Shown: in pieces, positions 10,079-20,762 of the stretch
How the letters are laid out: the number at the start of each line of letters is the position of its first letter
Numbering within the stretch: the stretch's first letter is position 1
Source of the DNA: Ignavibacteriota bacterium
Lineage (GTDB): Bacteria; Bacteroidota; Ignavibacteria; UBA10030; UBA6906
Direction of reading: 5' to 3'
Assembly (NCBI GenBank): GCA_963801355.1
Contig: CAWDEM010000008.1
Coordinates: 544,001-608,000 of the forward strand
Length of the DNA: 64,000 nt
Notes under the pieces: model-generated
Seen by the model: the letters and a program-made list of their open reading frames with translations, nothing else
Told to the model about the DNA's origin: nothing
The model's database searches: none
Program-made: the position numbers and the translations under genes

Positions 10079-12169
10079 CTAGTAAATCTGTCCGAAATTG
10101 AGGTACACACCTGTGGTTTCGGAACCAAACCCGACGTCACAGCGCACCACGAAGGTGTCCATCGAGAAGCGGATGCCGGCCGTGGGATTCCACTTCCAGT
10201 TGGGCCAGCCTACCAGCGAAAGTGATTCCCAAACGTTCCCGGCGTCCAGAGCGGCCACGCCGCCAAACCTCCCGAAAATAGGGAACCGCAACTCGGCGTT
10301 GGCGACAAACACTGCTTTGCCCAGGAACCTGTCTTGCACAAATCCGCGCAGCGTGTTGTTGCCTCCGAGGGGAAGCGCCATCTGGACTGGAAGGTCACCA
10401 TCGATCGCCGAGAGCTTGGTGCGCAGTGCGAGAACGGTTGTCGGGAGAAAGAGCGTGGTGTAGTGCTGGACGAGCGCATGAAAGCGCGTGAAGAGGACAC
10501 TTCCTGCAGATGAGACAGGTGCGCGGGACACTTCTGTTTCGACGAGCCATCCGGCGGAGGGTTGGACGACGCTGTTCCGCGTGTCGTAACGGCCTGCGAC
10601 GACAAGTGCGTAGGACCGGGCGATTCCCTGCGAAAGAGGAGGAAACGCCGCCGCAAGAAGACCCGCAGGCTGGATGTCGCTGTTGCGGACGTATTGAAAG
10701 CGAACGCCACCTTGGAGGACAAATGACTCGGTGAATCCCCTGCTGAGCAGGATGGAGAGTTCGAAAGGCTCCCGGGCGTAGTACTCACGGTTTCCGAATT
10801 GCGAGTCATTTCCGAACCCGAAGAAACTGTTCTTGATGTACTTGTCATAGTCCGCGATGACATCCAGGGCGACCGGATACACCGTTCGTTGACGGGTCTC
10901 AATGTCCGGGAACGAGGCGACAAATCTGTACCATCGTTCCCCCAGTGTACTATTGAACGCCGTGATGTCGAGCGATTCATTCAAGCCGAGCTGGTTCAGC
11001 AGGAAGCCCTTTGCCCCGTACCCGAAACCCACATCCGTGTCGTACGAAACGATCGGGAATGCTTCGATCGCCGGTTCCGCTATTGGCGTCGTCACATCCG
11101 CACGTCCCGCGGGCATGCCGGGATCCCGGGGGATTGTCACGGCAACGCCATAGTGGTCCGATGCATACACGCCGTCCACCGGCTCTGAAAATACCAAGCG
11201 TTCGGATGCTCTGTCCGCTAAGGACACCGCAGGGCTGAGGTATATATAGTCGAGGCGCTGGGGGGTCGAGTCGCTGACGGCGCCGTAGAGATCATATCCG
11301 GTCCGCGGTGTACCCCGTGCATCGACGTGCGCGGTCGTGAAGGCGATATTGGAGTTCCTGTGTGCATCCCACGTAACAGCGCGATCGGAGAAATTGAACG
11401 GAGTCAGGAGATTGAGAGAATGGATGCACTCTCGAAAGCTTGAGTCTCCCGGCTGACAGTTGAAGTCCCCTCCCAGCACAAAGGGAGACCCGCCGGACAA
11501 CTGATGGACAAAGTCCGCAAGAGACTCAAATTGCTCGTTCTTCAGTTCCACCCGTTCGTGCAGTCGAGCCGCTGCGTCGGGGTCACCCTCGAACAGAGCG
11601 TACGTCTGACTCGGCGGCATGGCCAGGAGATGGACGTTGATCGCACGTATTCGTTTGTCACCCCAGATAAAGGATCCTTCGAGCGCGACCGCGGCATCGT
11701 TGAAGTGGAACGAGAGTGCGGAACCGTGGAGGCCGAACTTGCCGCCGATCTTGGCGGCGCGCTCGAAGCGCAATGACAGTGCCGGAGCGGCCAGGATGGC
11801 GATCCCCTCTTCGAAATTCGATGGCACTCCAAGGCCGGCGATCTTCACACCGGCATGACAGACTTGATGAATCTCTTCAAATTGAAGGGAGTCCGCCAGA
11901 CGTCCTGCATAGTGCGCCACAGGGTTTGCTTCCTGGATCATCACAAGATGCGGCTGGAGTGACCTGAGTTGCGAGAGCAGAATCTGAAACCTCCGTTCAC
12001 GGGTGGTGGGCGGCTCGTACTCTCCCATTGTGGATATACCGACATAGTCCAGGCCGGACCAGACGTTGATGGTGACCAGCCTGAGGGAGTCCAGAGGCTC
12101 CGCACCGCGGAGAGGAGCGGTCAGAGTACTCAGGGAGAGGAGGAGCAATCCTGCGCAGATTCTATCCAT
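10079..12169 (-). CDS. Endonuclease/exonuclease/phosphatase (EEP) domain fused to an Omp85/BamA-TamA family beta-barrel
   Basis: Signal peptide, then EEP motifs TINVW, IQEA, NVHL, GGDFN, RLDYIY and SDH. A Pro-rich linker leads to a barrel with FPIVSYDTDVGFGYG, RYDTRN, LRGF (loop-6 motif), AELRFPI and a C-terminal NFGQIY beta-signal. Confidence 0.85.
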   Translation of the reverse strand: MDRICAGLLLLSLSTLTAPLRGAEPLDSLRLVTINVWSGLDYVGISTMGEYEPPTTRERRFQILLSQLRSLQPHLVMIQEANPVAHYAGRLADSLQFEEIHQVCHAGVKIAGLGVPSNFEEGIAILAAPALSLRFERAAKIGGKFGLHGSALSFHFNDAAVALEGSFIWGDKRIRAINVHLLAMPPSQTYALFEGDPDAAARLHERVELKNEQFESLADFVHQLSGGSPFVLGGDFNCQPGDSSFRECIHSLNLLTPFNFSDRAVTWDAHRNSNIAFTTAHVDARGTPRTGYDLYGAVSDSTPQRLDYIYLSPAVSLADRASERLVFSEPVDGVYASDHYGVAVTIPRDPGMPAGRADVTTPIAEPAIEAFPIVSYDTDVGFGYGAKGFLLNQLGLNESLDITAFNSTLGERWYRFVASFPDIETRQRTVYPVALDVIADYDKYIKNSFFGFGNDSQFGNREYYAREPFELSILLSRGFTESFVLQGGVRFQYVRNSDIQPAGLLAAAFPPLSQGIARSYALVVAGRYDTRNSVVQPSAGWLVETEVSRAPVSSAGSVLFTRFHALVQHYTTLFLPTTVLALRTKLSAIDGDLPVQMALPLGGNNTLRGFVQDRFLGKAVFVANAELRFPIFGRFGGVAALDAGNVWESLSLVGWPNWKWNPTAGIRFSMDTFVVRCDVGFGSETTGVYLNFGQIY

Positions 12170-12235
12170 GGCGTAGTAGAGAAGAGTGAAGGCAATTCAG
12201 TATTCGTGCATGCGAGACTATCCCCCACAACAGAG

Positions 12236-13414
12236 CTATGCTGGCAGTCGTTGCCTGACACTCTCTTTCGTGAAGGGGCCCTTCTCTGCAATAAGTGCGC
12301 GGGCAGCGTCGACCTGACCCCACGTGTTCCAGAGCAGGACGCCGCGTACACGGCCGCCGTCCATGTAGTAGACCACCCCTTCGTGGAATTCCTCTTTCCA
12401 TTCCTGTACGATCTCAAAGCGTGAATCCAACTCACCCACTGCCTCATATCCCAGATCGAAAAGGTCGGAATAGAAGAATGGCTGATGGTCGTACGCAAAA
12501 CTTCCCCCCGCCATATTCCTTCCTGCGGCATCTCCCATGGTCAGTGCGTTGTCTTCGTGTTCGACGCGCACTCGCTTGCCCAATGCCGGGTTGTAGAAAT
12601 TCGCAATATCGCCGGCCGCGAAGATGTCCGGGTTTGCCGTGCGCAGAAACCGATCAACGAGGACGCCGTTGCCAACCTCCAGCCCGGCGGCCGCGGCAAG
12701 CTCCTGGTTGGGTTCGGCGCCAATACCCGCAACGACACCGTCGACGGTCAGTTCCTTGTCGTCCGTGGTCTTCACGACATAGTACGTATCGCGCTTTTCG
12801 ATTCCTGCAATGCCGGTTTTCGCACGCACATCGATTCCTTGTGATTGGAAGTACGTATTGAGGAACCGGGAGAGGGACGGTGGATATATGCGCGCACCGA
12901 TGCTCTCATCGGGGAAAATCATTGTCACAGATTTCTTATTCATGGCAAGGGCGGCCGCTATTTCGGAACCGTTGAACCCGCCGCCGATCACGACAAATCG
13001 CTTCCCGTTTTCTGTGAGCAGTTTCAGTCTCTGATAATCATCGAGCGTTCTGAAATTGATGACTCCTTCGGCCTTCCAGGGCAGACTGCGTACACGTACG
13101 CCTGTCGCCAGGAGGAGTCTGTCATATGCGTACACTTCACCTCTGTCGTCCACGACGCGCTTGTGAACGGGGTCGATGCTTTTCGCCGTCGTCGACAAAT
13201 GCAGCCCGACGTTTTCCATGGATGTTCCGCGCCAGAGCTTGGCGAGCGGCTCCCCCTTCCACAGTGCCTTCGACAGTGGCGGGCGGTTATACGGCGGGTT
13301 GGATTCATTGCTGATGATCCCGATGCGGTTCGACGGGTCGATCTGGCGTATACCCTGCACGGCCGCGTCGGCAGTCATTCCGCCGCCAATGATGAGGTAT
13401 CGATATTCGATCAT
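12236..13414 (-). CDS. NAD(P)/FAD-dependent oxidoreductase (ferredoxin-reductase/AIF-like)
   Basis: IIGGGMTA, PYNRPPLSK, LLATG, VIGGGFNGSE, FAAGD, RVEH and PFFYSDL. Confidence 0.9.
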   Translation of the reverse strand: MIEYRYLIIGGGMTADAAVQGIRQIDPSNRIGIISNESNPPYNRPPLSKALWKGEPLAKLWRGTSMENVGLHLSTTAKSIDPVHKRVVDDRGEVYAYDRLLLATGVRVRSLPWKAEGVINFRTLDDYQRLKLLTENGKRFVVIGGGFNGSEIAAALAMNKKSVTMIFPDESIGARIYPPSLSRFLNTYFQSQGIDVRAKTGIAGIEKRDTYYVVKTTDDKELTVDGVVAGIGAEPNQELAAAAGLEVGNGVLVDRFLRTANPDIFAAGDIANFYNPALGKRVRVEHEDNALTMGDAAGRNMAGGSFAYDHQPFFYSDLFDLGYEAVGELDSRFEIVQEWKEEFHEGVVYYMDGGRVRGVLLWNTWGQVDAARALIAEKGPFTKESVRQRLPA

Positions 13415-13532
13415 GAAGTCATCCTATCAGAGGTTCTGTGCGGTCACCGTACCGGCATAATGCCATTCCAAAGTGCCTCTCCCCGGATGGCTGCAAGTTA
13501 GCACAAATTACGGGACAATCAAACGATCGGCC

Positions 13533-13603
13533 GCAGAAGTGGCATCCGGAAGGGGCATTGCAGAAGGGCATTTGCGGAAGGGCACATTTGCGGAAGGGCA
13601 TTG
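13533..13603 (+). repeat. Five imperfect tandem copies of a ~14-bp unit, C(A/G)GAAGGGCATT(T)G
   Basis: gcagaagtggcatc-cggaaggggcattg-cagaagggcatttg-cggaagggcacatttg-cggaagggcattg, in a divergent intergenic region. Confidence 0.75.
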
Positions 13604-13693
13604 TCCAGTAGCGTGTTTTTGTCGCACAGACAAGTTATATTCCACACACACGCGCATTCAACCACTATTCACACCACTCATAGGAGTCCCATC

Positions 13694-14398
13694 ATGAATG
13701 CCATTGTTCGCCGTGCTTCGTGTGCGTTCGGGCTCGCCACCTTCCTGTGCATCCCAGGAGGCGCGGATGCGCTTGCGCAACCCACCGAAGCCGCTCCAGC
13801 AATCGTCGATACTTTCATCGCCGTCGTCCCTCTCCGTTCCTTACAGGACATCAAAGCTGACGGCGAGCGCGCAGGTGCGCTGCGGAACCAGGCAAAACAG
13901 CGTCGGGCACAGGCCCAGGAGGGGGTACTCACGCTCGATAACATGATCAAGGCGCGGAAAAAGGATCTCGCGGCGTTCGAAGGTTATCTGGATGCTCTGG
14001 ATGCAGACACGAAGGCGGGCGAGATCGCCACGATGAAGCAGAAGACCGCCCTGCTTGAGAAGTTGCTGGACCTGCTGGAACTCCGCAAGAATGTGCGTGA
14101 AGGAGAGGTGGAATCCGCTGAGGCGACTGTCGCGTACACTGAAGCGATGGAAGAGTTGTACTCTCTTGAGGGTCAACTGGCGACAAAACGGAATGATCGG
14201 GCAGAACTCTCCAAGAAGAAAGCGTCCTCGGCTGACCGCGGGGAACTGGATCTGGCCATCAAGCAGATGGAGTCTGAAGTGCTGGAACGCTGGGACAAGA
14301 TGCTCAAGAAGCACGAGGACAGTGTATCGGAAGAGCAGGACTATATCGGTCTTCTCAAAAAGCTCGCAGACACCCAGGACGCATTTCATAATCCTTGA
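13694..14398 (+). CDS. Hypothetical exported coiled-coil protein
   Basis: AGGAG precedes ATG 13694. Signal peptide ends ADALA; the rest is E/K/L/A-rich with heptad character. Confidence 0.75.
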   Translation: MNAIVRRASCAFGLATFLCIPGGADALAQPTEAAPAIVDTFIAVVPLRSLQDIKADGERAGALRNQAKQRRAQAQEGVLTLDNMIKARKKDLAAFEGYLDALDADTKAGEIATMKQKTALLEKLLDLLELRKNVREGEVESAEATVAYTEAMEELYSLEGQLATKRNDRAELSKKKASSADRGELDLAIKQMESEVLERWDKMLKKHEDSVSEEQDYIGLLKKLADTQDAFHNP

Positions 14399-14436
14399 TG
14401 CAGTGCGTGCGTGAGAGATGGCGGGAGGATTGAGAA

Positions 14437-15378
<942 letters not shown>

Positions 15379-15503
15379 TCAGTTGTGTGCCTGTTGTAAC
15401 ACAAGATCAAGGGAAAGAATTCCTCATGCATTTCTCGAGCCATTGTGCAGCAACGCCATCGCAACATCTTCGACAGAGCCGGCTGACTGCGCCGGCCTGC
15501 CAG

Positions 15504-15532
15504 TTGACATTCGGCGGAGAGATCGGTACAAT
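15504..15532 (+). promoter_or_regulatory. sigma70 promoter for the ADH gene
   Basis: TTGACA-17 nt-TACAAT, about 20 nt upstream of the ATG. Confidence 0.7.
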
Positions 15533-15553
15533 TTACGCGAACAACATGGGCCT

Positions 15554-16663
15554 ATGATGAAGGCGATGATACTGGAGAGGCTTTCCTCCTTTGACCGTGT
15601 GAAATCCCCGCTGATTCTGGTCGACATCCCCGTTCCGACACCCGCAGAGGATGAGATTCTCATCAAGGTCTCCGCATGTGGTGTGTGCCACACCGAGTTG
15701 GATGAAATTGAGGGGAGAACGGCCCCACCCTCCTTCCCCGTCGTGCCGGGGCACCAGGCAGTCGGGCAGGTTGTGGAGATGGGGGCCAAGGTGCACGGGT
15801 ATGCTCCAGGAGACAGGGTTGGCATCGCCTGGATCTTTTCGGCATGCGGCCGGTGCGAGCATTGCATCGAGGGGAATGAGAACCTCTGCCCTCAATTCAG
15901 GGCTACGGGGAGGGATGCAAACGGAGGATATGCGGAATATATGGTGGTTCGTCACGACTTCGCACACGCCATCCCGGACAGTTTCACCGATGAGGAAGCG
16001 GCACCCTTGTTGTGCGCGGGCGCAATCGGCTATCGCTCCTTGCGGCTTGCTGGAATCACAGACGGCAACAACCTGGGCCTCACGGGTTTCGGGGCCTCCG
16101 GTCACTTTGTGCTGAAGATGGTGCGACACCAATACCCGCATACGAAGGTATTCGTTTTTGCGCGGACAGCGCACGAAAGAGCTTTTGCGCTCGGACTCGG
16201 CGCAGTCTGGGCGGGCGACACAGAAGAATCCCCTCCTGAGATGCTCCACAGCATAATAGACACAACCCCTGCCTGGAGACCGGTGCTCGAAGCGCTGAAA
16301 GGCCTCAGGCCCGGAGGGAGGCTCGTGGTCAACGCCATTCGGAAAGAGGATCACGACAAAGCGTGCCTGTCGGAGCTGAACTATCCTCAACATCTCTGGA
16401 TGGAGAAAGAGATCAAGAGTGTGGCAAATGTCACACGCGCTGACGTACGGGAGTTCCTGCAACTCGCCGCCAGGATCCCTCTCAAACCAGAGATTGAGGA
16501 GTACGCGCTGGCGGATGCCAACACCGCTTTATGCGAACTCAAAGAACGGAGCATCCGGGGAGCCAAGGTCCTGCGGATGGGGAAGAAAATTCGTTCCGGC
16601 GGATCGGACATTGCAGCCGGCTCTCAACAGGCTCCCAACCATGGACACCATTCATGCCCCTGA
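15554..16663 (+). CDS. Zinc-dependent alcohol dehydrogenase family protein (MDR)
   Basis: CGVCHTE, PGHQ, structural-Zn cluster CGRCEHC...NLC, APLLCAG and GFGASG. Confidence 0.92.
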   Translation: MMKAMILERLSSFDRVKSPLILVDIPVPTPAEDEILIKVSACGVCHTELDEIEGRTAPPSFPVVPGHQAVGQVVEMGAKVHGYAPGDRVGIAWIFSACGRCEHCIEGNENLCPQFRATGRDANGGYAEYMVVRHDFAHAIPDSFTDEEAAPLLCAGAIGYRSLRLAGITDGNNLGLTGFGASGHFVLKMVRHQYPHTKVFVFARTAHERAFALGLGAVWAGDTEESPPEMLHSIIDTTPAWRPVLEALKGLRPGGRLVVNAIRKEDHDKACLSELNYPQHLWMEKEIKSVANVTRADVREFLQLAARIPLKPEIEEYALADANTALCELKERSIRGAKVLRMGKKIRSGGSDIAAGSQQAPNHGHHSCP

Positions 16664-16680
16664 ACTTATCTGAACAACTC

Positions 16681-18630
16681 ATGAGGCGTCTCATCGCCGG
16701 TATCCTCGTCGCGGGTTCAGCTGTGTGTGTCCTGCTCTGCTGGTCCGCCTGGCACGTCAACGGGTCTTTTGGATTCCCGCTCGATGATTCGTGGATCCAC
16801 CTGCAGTTCGCCCGGAATTTGCGGGAGTACGGGGTATTCTCTTACTTTCAGAACCAGATGGTCACTTCGGGCTCGACGTCACCGCTGTACACAATGTTGC
16901 TTGCCGTAGGCCAGTTTTTCACATCGAATGAATTTGTGCTCAGCTACAGTCTCGGCATCGCGTTTTTCATTGCCGGAGCTTTCGTGCTCTCGCGCATCGG
17001 GGAAGGACTCTTCAAGGGCCAGCCGATCCTTCTGGTGGGTTGTGTCCTCCTGTATCTTCTGGAGCCCCGGCTCGATTGGATCGCGCTGTCGGGGATGGAA
17101 ACAACGTTGTTCATACTCCTGTTGATGCTCGTGTGGCATTTCTACCGGCTCCGATCTGCCCGCCTGCTCGGCGTGACTGCAGGGCTCTTGCTTTGGACCA
17201 GGCCCGAGGCGATCATTTTCTTCGCGGCCATTGCTCTGGATGCTGCCTACCATGCGTGGTGGGTCCGCCGTGAACGTGTGCGGAAGGGGCCCCATGTTGT
17301 TGTGCAGACCGACTATCGCTGGCTGCTCACGGCTCTGGTACTTGCGGGAATCATCTGCGCGGGATATGCGGCATTCAATTATGTGCTGTCAGGTTCCTTC
17401 CTGCCGAACACCTTTGCAGCAAAGATCCGGTACTACAGTTCCGGCAGAGGGGATTTCGCTGAAGCGACGTGGAGATTTCTCACGGGCGGACACATGCCGG
17501 TGCTTGCAGCCTTTGCGGCAATCGCCATCCTCGACGTGCTCTGGAAGGCCGGGAAGCGGGAGCGCCAGGAATCTCTTGTGCCGGTTCTCTGGTGTGCGGG
17601 ACTGTGCGCTGCCTACGCGCAGACGCTCCCCTATCTCTATCAGGAAGGAAGATATCTCATGCCCATGCTCCCGTGGATCATCCTGCTCGGGATGCAGGGC
17701 ATAGAGATCGCGATCACTCAGGGCAAGAAGGCGTTCGGATTGCTGCAACGGAGAACCGTCAGCACCATCGTCCTCTCAGGAATCACACTCGGAATTGTCC
17801 TGCAATTCGGCATTGGTGCGTGGGGATATCGCGAAGGGTATGCGGCGCAGTGCAAATACATCACCGACAGGCAGGTCCGCACCGCGATCTGGATCCGGGA
17901 CCATCTTCCCGCGGATGCAGTGATCGGCACGCATGACGTCGGTGCCATTGCGTACTACTCCGGACGGCGCATTGTGGACATGGTCGGCCTGGTGTCTCCG
18001 GAGATGATCAAGAACATCGGGAGCTTCGATCGGCTGATCGCATTCCTGGGCCGGGAACGGGTAACGCATCTTGCAGTCCTCCGTACCTGGTTCGAAGTGG
18101 CAAACCAGAAGCCAATTTTTCAGACGGATGAGGCGGCACCGGAGATCATGGAAGTTTTTCCGTTCGACCCGGCGCGGTGTCACTTCACTCCGCAGAATGC
18201 CGGCGCCCTGATCGCCGACGGCACCTACCTTTTGAGCCTGGGACAAGTCCAGCGGGCCGGGCCGATGCTGATGGAAGCCGTTCGGCTTGATCCGCGTTCG
18301 GCAAGGGCGCACTACGGCCTCGGTGTGGCGTTTCTGATGGTTGGCAAGGACGGGGAGGCAGAGCGGGAGATCACCAGAGCCCTTGAACTGCAGCCGGAAT
18401 CGTGGCAGGCGATGCTCGCACGCGCCCAACTCTACATTATGCGAAATGACCCGGACCGCGCGTTGGAAGTATACAAGGAGGTTGAGCGGAAGGACCCGGC
18501 GTATGCTCCCGTGTACCAGGCCCTGTCACATTTCTACCTCACGGTGAAAAAGGACACCGTGGCCGGGCAGGAGTACCTCGCGAAATTCACCGGTCTTGCC
18601 GGCGAAGGAGGTCAGGAGTCTCTCAGGTAG
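16681..18630 (+). CDS. GT-C-fold-like membrane glycosyltransferase with C-terminal TPR repeats
   Basis: FPLDDSWIHLQFARNL acidic loop after TM1, GSTSPLY, SGMET, TRPE, PNTFAAK and HDVGAIAYYS. About 11 TM segments, then TPR-like repeats (LDPRSARAHYGLG). Confidence 0.75.
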   Translation: MRRLIAGILVAGSAVCVLLCWSAWHVNGSFGFPLDDSWIHLQFARNLREYGVFSYFQNQMVTSGSTSPLYTMLLAVGQFFTSNEFVLSYSLGIAFFIAGAFVLSRIGEGLFKGQPILLVGCVLLYLLEPRLDWIALSGMETTLFILLLMLVWHFYRLRSARLLGVTAGLLLWTRPEAIIFFAAIALDAAYHAWWVRRERVRKGPHVVVQTDYRWLLTALVLAGIICAGYAAFNYVLSGSFLPNTFAAKIRYYSSGRGDFAEATWRFLTGGHMPVLAAFAAIAILDVLWKAGKRERQESLVPVLWCAGLCAAYAQTLPYLYQEGRYLMPMLPWIILLGMQGIEIAITQGKKAFGLLQRRTVSTIVLSGITLGIVLQFGIGAWGYREGYAAQCKYITDRQVRTAIWIRDHLPADAVIGTHDVGAIAYYSGRRIVDMVGLVSPEMIKNIGSFDRLIAFLGRERVTHLAVLRTWFEVANQKPIFQTDEAAPEIMEVFPFDPARCHFTPQNAGALIADGTYLLSLGQVQRAGPMLMEAVRLDPRSARAHYGLGVAFLMVGKDGEAEREITRALELQPESWQAMLARAQLYIMRNDPDRALEVYKEVERKDPAYAPVYQALSHFYLTVKKDTVAGQEYLAKFTGLAGEGGQESLR

Positions 18631-18667
18631 CTTTTCTCAAGGTCTCGAGTTGCGTCCTGCGGCGGGA

Positions 18668-20575
18668 TCACTCCTCAGGCGTCTGAATCGTCGGTGCATA
18701 CTGGGGTACCAGCGTACGGAAACAGTCGTTCACCGTCGGGAGTGATTCTTGCTGCGCTGCTTCGATGAGTTTCGTTACGGACTCCCGCAGGCTGAATTTT
18801 TGTTCCGGCGTCTCCGCTGGTTCGGCGGGGACCGGAGTCCGGCACACCTTGATCTCTGCGTGCTCTGTCGCTTCCACCTGATCGGTCTCGTAGAACAGTT
18901 CTTCGAACATCTTCTCGCCCGGCAGCAATCCCGTGATCTTGATCGGAATTTCCTCGTCCGTGTACCCGCTCAGGCGGATGAGGTCGCGCGCGACATCGAT
19001 GACTTTGATCTGGTCGCCCATGTCAAGGACAAAAACCTCTCCTCCCTTTCCCATCGCCGCGGCCTGAAGCACCAATTGCACCGCCTCAGGAATTGTCATG
19101 AAATACCGTGTGACATTCGGATCCGTGACTGTCACGGGTCCACCCGCGGCAATCTGGCGTTTGAACAGAGGCACGACACTCCCCCGGCTGCCGAGGACAT
19201 TCCCAAAGCGGACGGTGACGAAGGCTTTGCTCGAGCGGTCAGCGACATCCTGTACCACCAATTCGGCGATGCGCTTGGTCACTCCCATCACGCTTGTGGG
19301 GTTCACGGCTTTGTCGCTCGAAACCATGACAAAACGCTTCACGTCATAGCGTTCCGCGAGTTCAACCAGGTTTTGTGTGCCCATGACATTGTTTGTCACC
19401 GCCTCCGGTATGTTCTCCTGCATGAGATACACATGCTTGTGCGCGGCAGCGTGGAAGACGACATCCGGCTTGAGTCTGAGAAAGGCCTTTTCAATTCGAT
19501 CCCGGTCGCGAATGTCCGCAATCACCGGCACAATCTTTGTGTTCAGCCCCGGTGATTCCTCCAGTTCTTTCATGATCTGGAAGATGGTTGCTTCTCCGTG
19601 GCCCAGCAACATCAGCGCAGCGGGTTTGAACCCCGCGATCTGCCGGCACAGTTCACTCCCGATGGATCCCCCTGCTCCCGTCACAAGCACGCGGCTGCCG
19701 GTCAGCATTCCCGCGATTGACGAGGGATCAGTGGAGACAACCCCTCTCCGCAGGAGATCTTCGAGTTGCACTTCACGCACCTGGTCAACACTGGCCGTCC
19801 CCCGTATGATGTCGAAGATCGCGGGAATCGTCTTATAGGGGACGTGTGCCGTCAGGCAACTCTGGACAACATCGCGCACCACTTTGCCGGGGACAGTGGG
19901 CATGGCAATAATCACTTCCTGGGCATCCATATAGCGGACTACCTCGGGCAGCTCTGCAAGAGTGCCGCAGACCCGTATGCCGCTGATGTATCTCCCCTGC
20001 TTCAACCGGTCATCGTCCAGGAAGCCGACCGGATCGACTCCCGTTTGCTGATTGCGTAGGAGTTCTTTCGCGGTCATCGCTCCTGCCACACCGGCGCCGG
20101 CAATAATCACGCGGCGCTGCCGTACGCTCGCCTCTTTGCGATTCACCAGCATGAAGGCGATCCGGATGACGACGCGACCGCCTGCAATCCAGCACGCAGT
20201 CAGCAGTGCACTGATGATGGGAAGTGACCGTGGCAACGATTGTGGAAGGATGTGGAATGGATTCAAGACACCGAAGAACAGGACGAGTTCCAGGAGAGTA
20301 CTCAACAGCAGGGCTATCAGCAGGGTCAGCATCTCATTAGCACTTGCGTACGCCCAGAACTGACGGTAAAGCCCGCTCGCGTAATAGAAGTATATCTTCA
20401 CGACGATCATGACGACACCGTACACGAGCAATCCCCTGGCAAAATACTCAACTGTGCTCATGTCCTCTGTGCGGATCAACATCGCGAGCGGCGGGATGAC
20501 TATCAGACCGATCAGGTCGAAACCCATCAGATAGCGGGTACGCGGACGAGAGAGAAGCTTCAGATATTGTTTCAT
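18668..20575 (-). CDS. Nucleoside-diphosphate sugar epimerase/dehydratase (CapD/PglF/WbpM-like polysaccharide biosynthesis protein)
   Basis: Four N-terminal TMs, a GAGVAG domain, VTGAGGSIGSELC, FHAAAHKHV, SSDKAVNP, VRFGNVLGSRGSV and TRYFMTIPEA. Confidence 0.93.
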   Translation of the reverse strand: MKQYLKLLSRPRTRYLMGFDLIGLIVIPPLAMLIRTEDMSTVEYFARGLLVYGVVMIVVKIYFYYASGLYRQFWAYASANEMLTLLIALLLSTLLELVLFFGVLNPFHILPQSLPRSLPIISALLTACWIAGGRVVIRIAFMLVNRKEASVRQRRVIIAGAGVAGAMTAKELLRNQQTGVDPVGFLDDDRLKQGRYISGIRVCGTLAELPEVVRYMDAQEVIIAMPTVPGKVVRDVVQSCLTAHVPYKTIPAIFDIIRGTASVDQVREVQLEDLLRRGVVSTDPSSIAGMLTGSRVLVTGAGGSIGSELCRQIAGFKPAALMLLGHGEATIFQIMKELEESPGLNTKIVPVIADIRDRDRIEKAFLRLKPDVVFHAAAHKHVYLMQENIPEAVTNNVMGTQNLVELAERYDVKRFVMVSSDKAVNPTSVMGVTKRIAELVVQDVADRSSKAFVTVRFGNVLGSRGSVVPLFKRQIAAGGPVTVTDPNVTRYFMTIPEAVQLVLQAAAMGKGGEVFVLDMGDQIKVIDVARDLIRLSGYTDEEIPIKITGLLPGEKMFEELFYETDQVEATEHAEIKVCRTPVPAEPAETPEQKFSLRESVTKLIEAAQQESLPTVNDCFRTLVPQYAPTIQTPEE

Positions 20576-20714
20576 TGGTTTTCTTGTGGCCCGGCGCTGT
20601 CCATGACACGAGTATGGCACACAACAATCACAAAAGCGATAGAACGTCCCCCCCTCCTCAGAATCGCCGCTGGTGTTTCCAACCAAAGGGAAGCAGATTC
20701 GCGTGGAAGGCGAA

Positions 20715-20736
20715 AGCCCCGGGTGCAGGCGGGGCT
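20715..20736 (-). terminator. Probable intrinsic terminator after the ACT-domain gene
   Basis: Stem AGCCCCG/CGGGGCT with an 8-nt loop and a short U-run on the minus strand. Confidence 0.45.
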
Positions 20737-20762
20737 CGTTGAAGAGCGAGAAACCCTTCAGC

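Noticed and set aside
13533-13603. Possible mini-CRISPR array
   Set aside because: The units are about 14 bp and adjacent, with no unique spacers, and there are no cas genes in the window.
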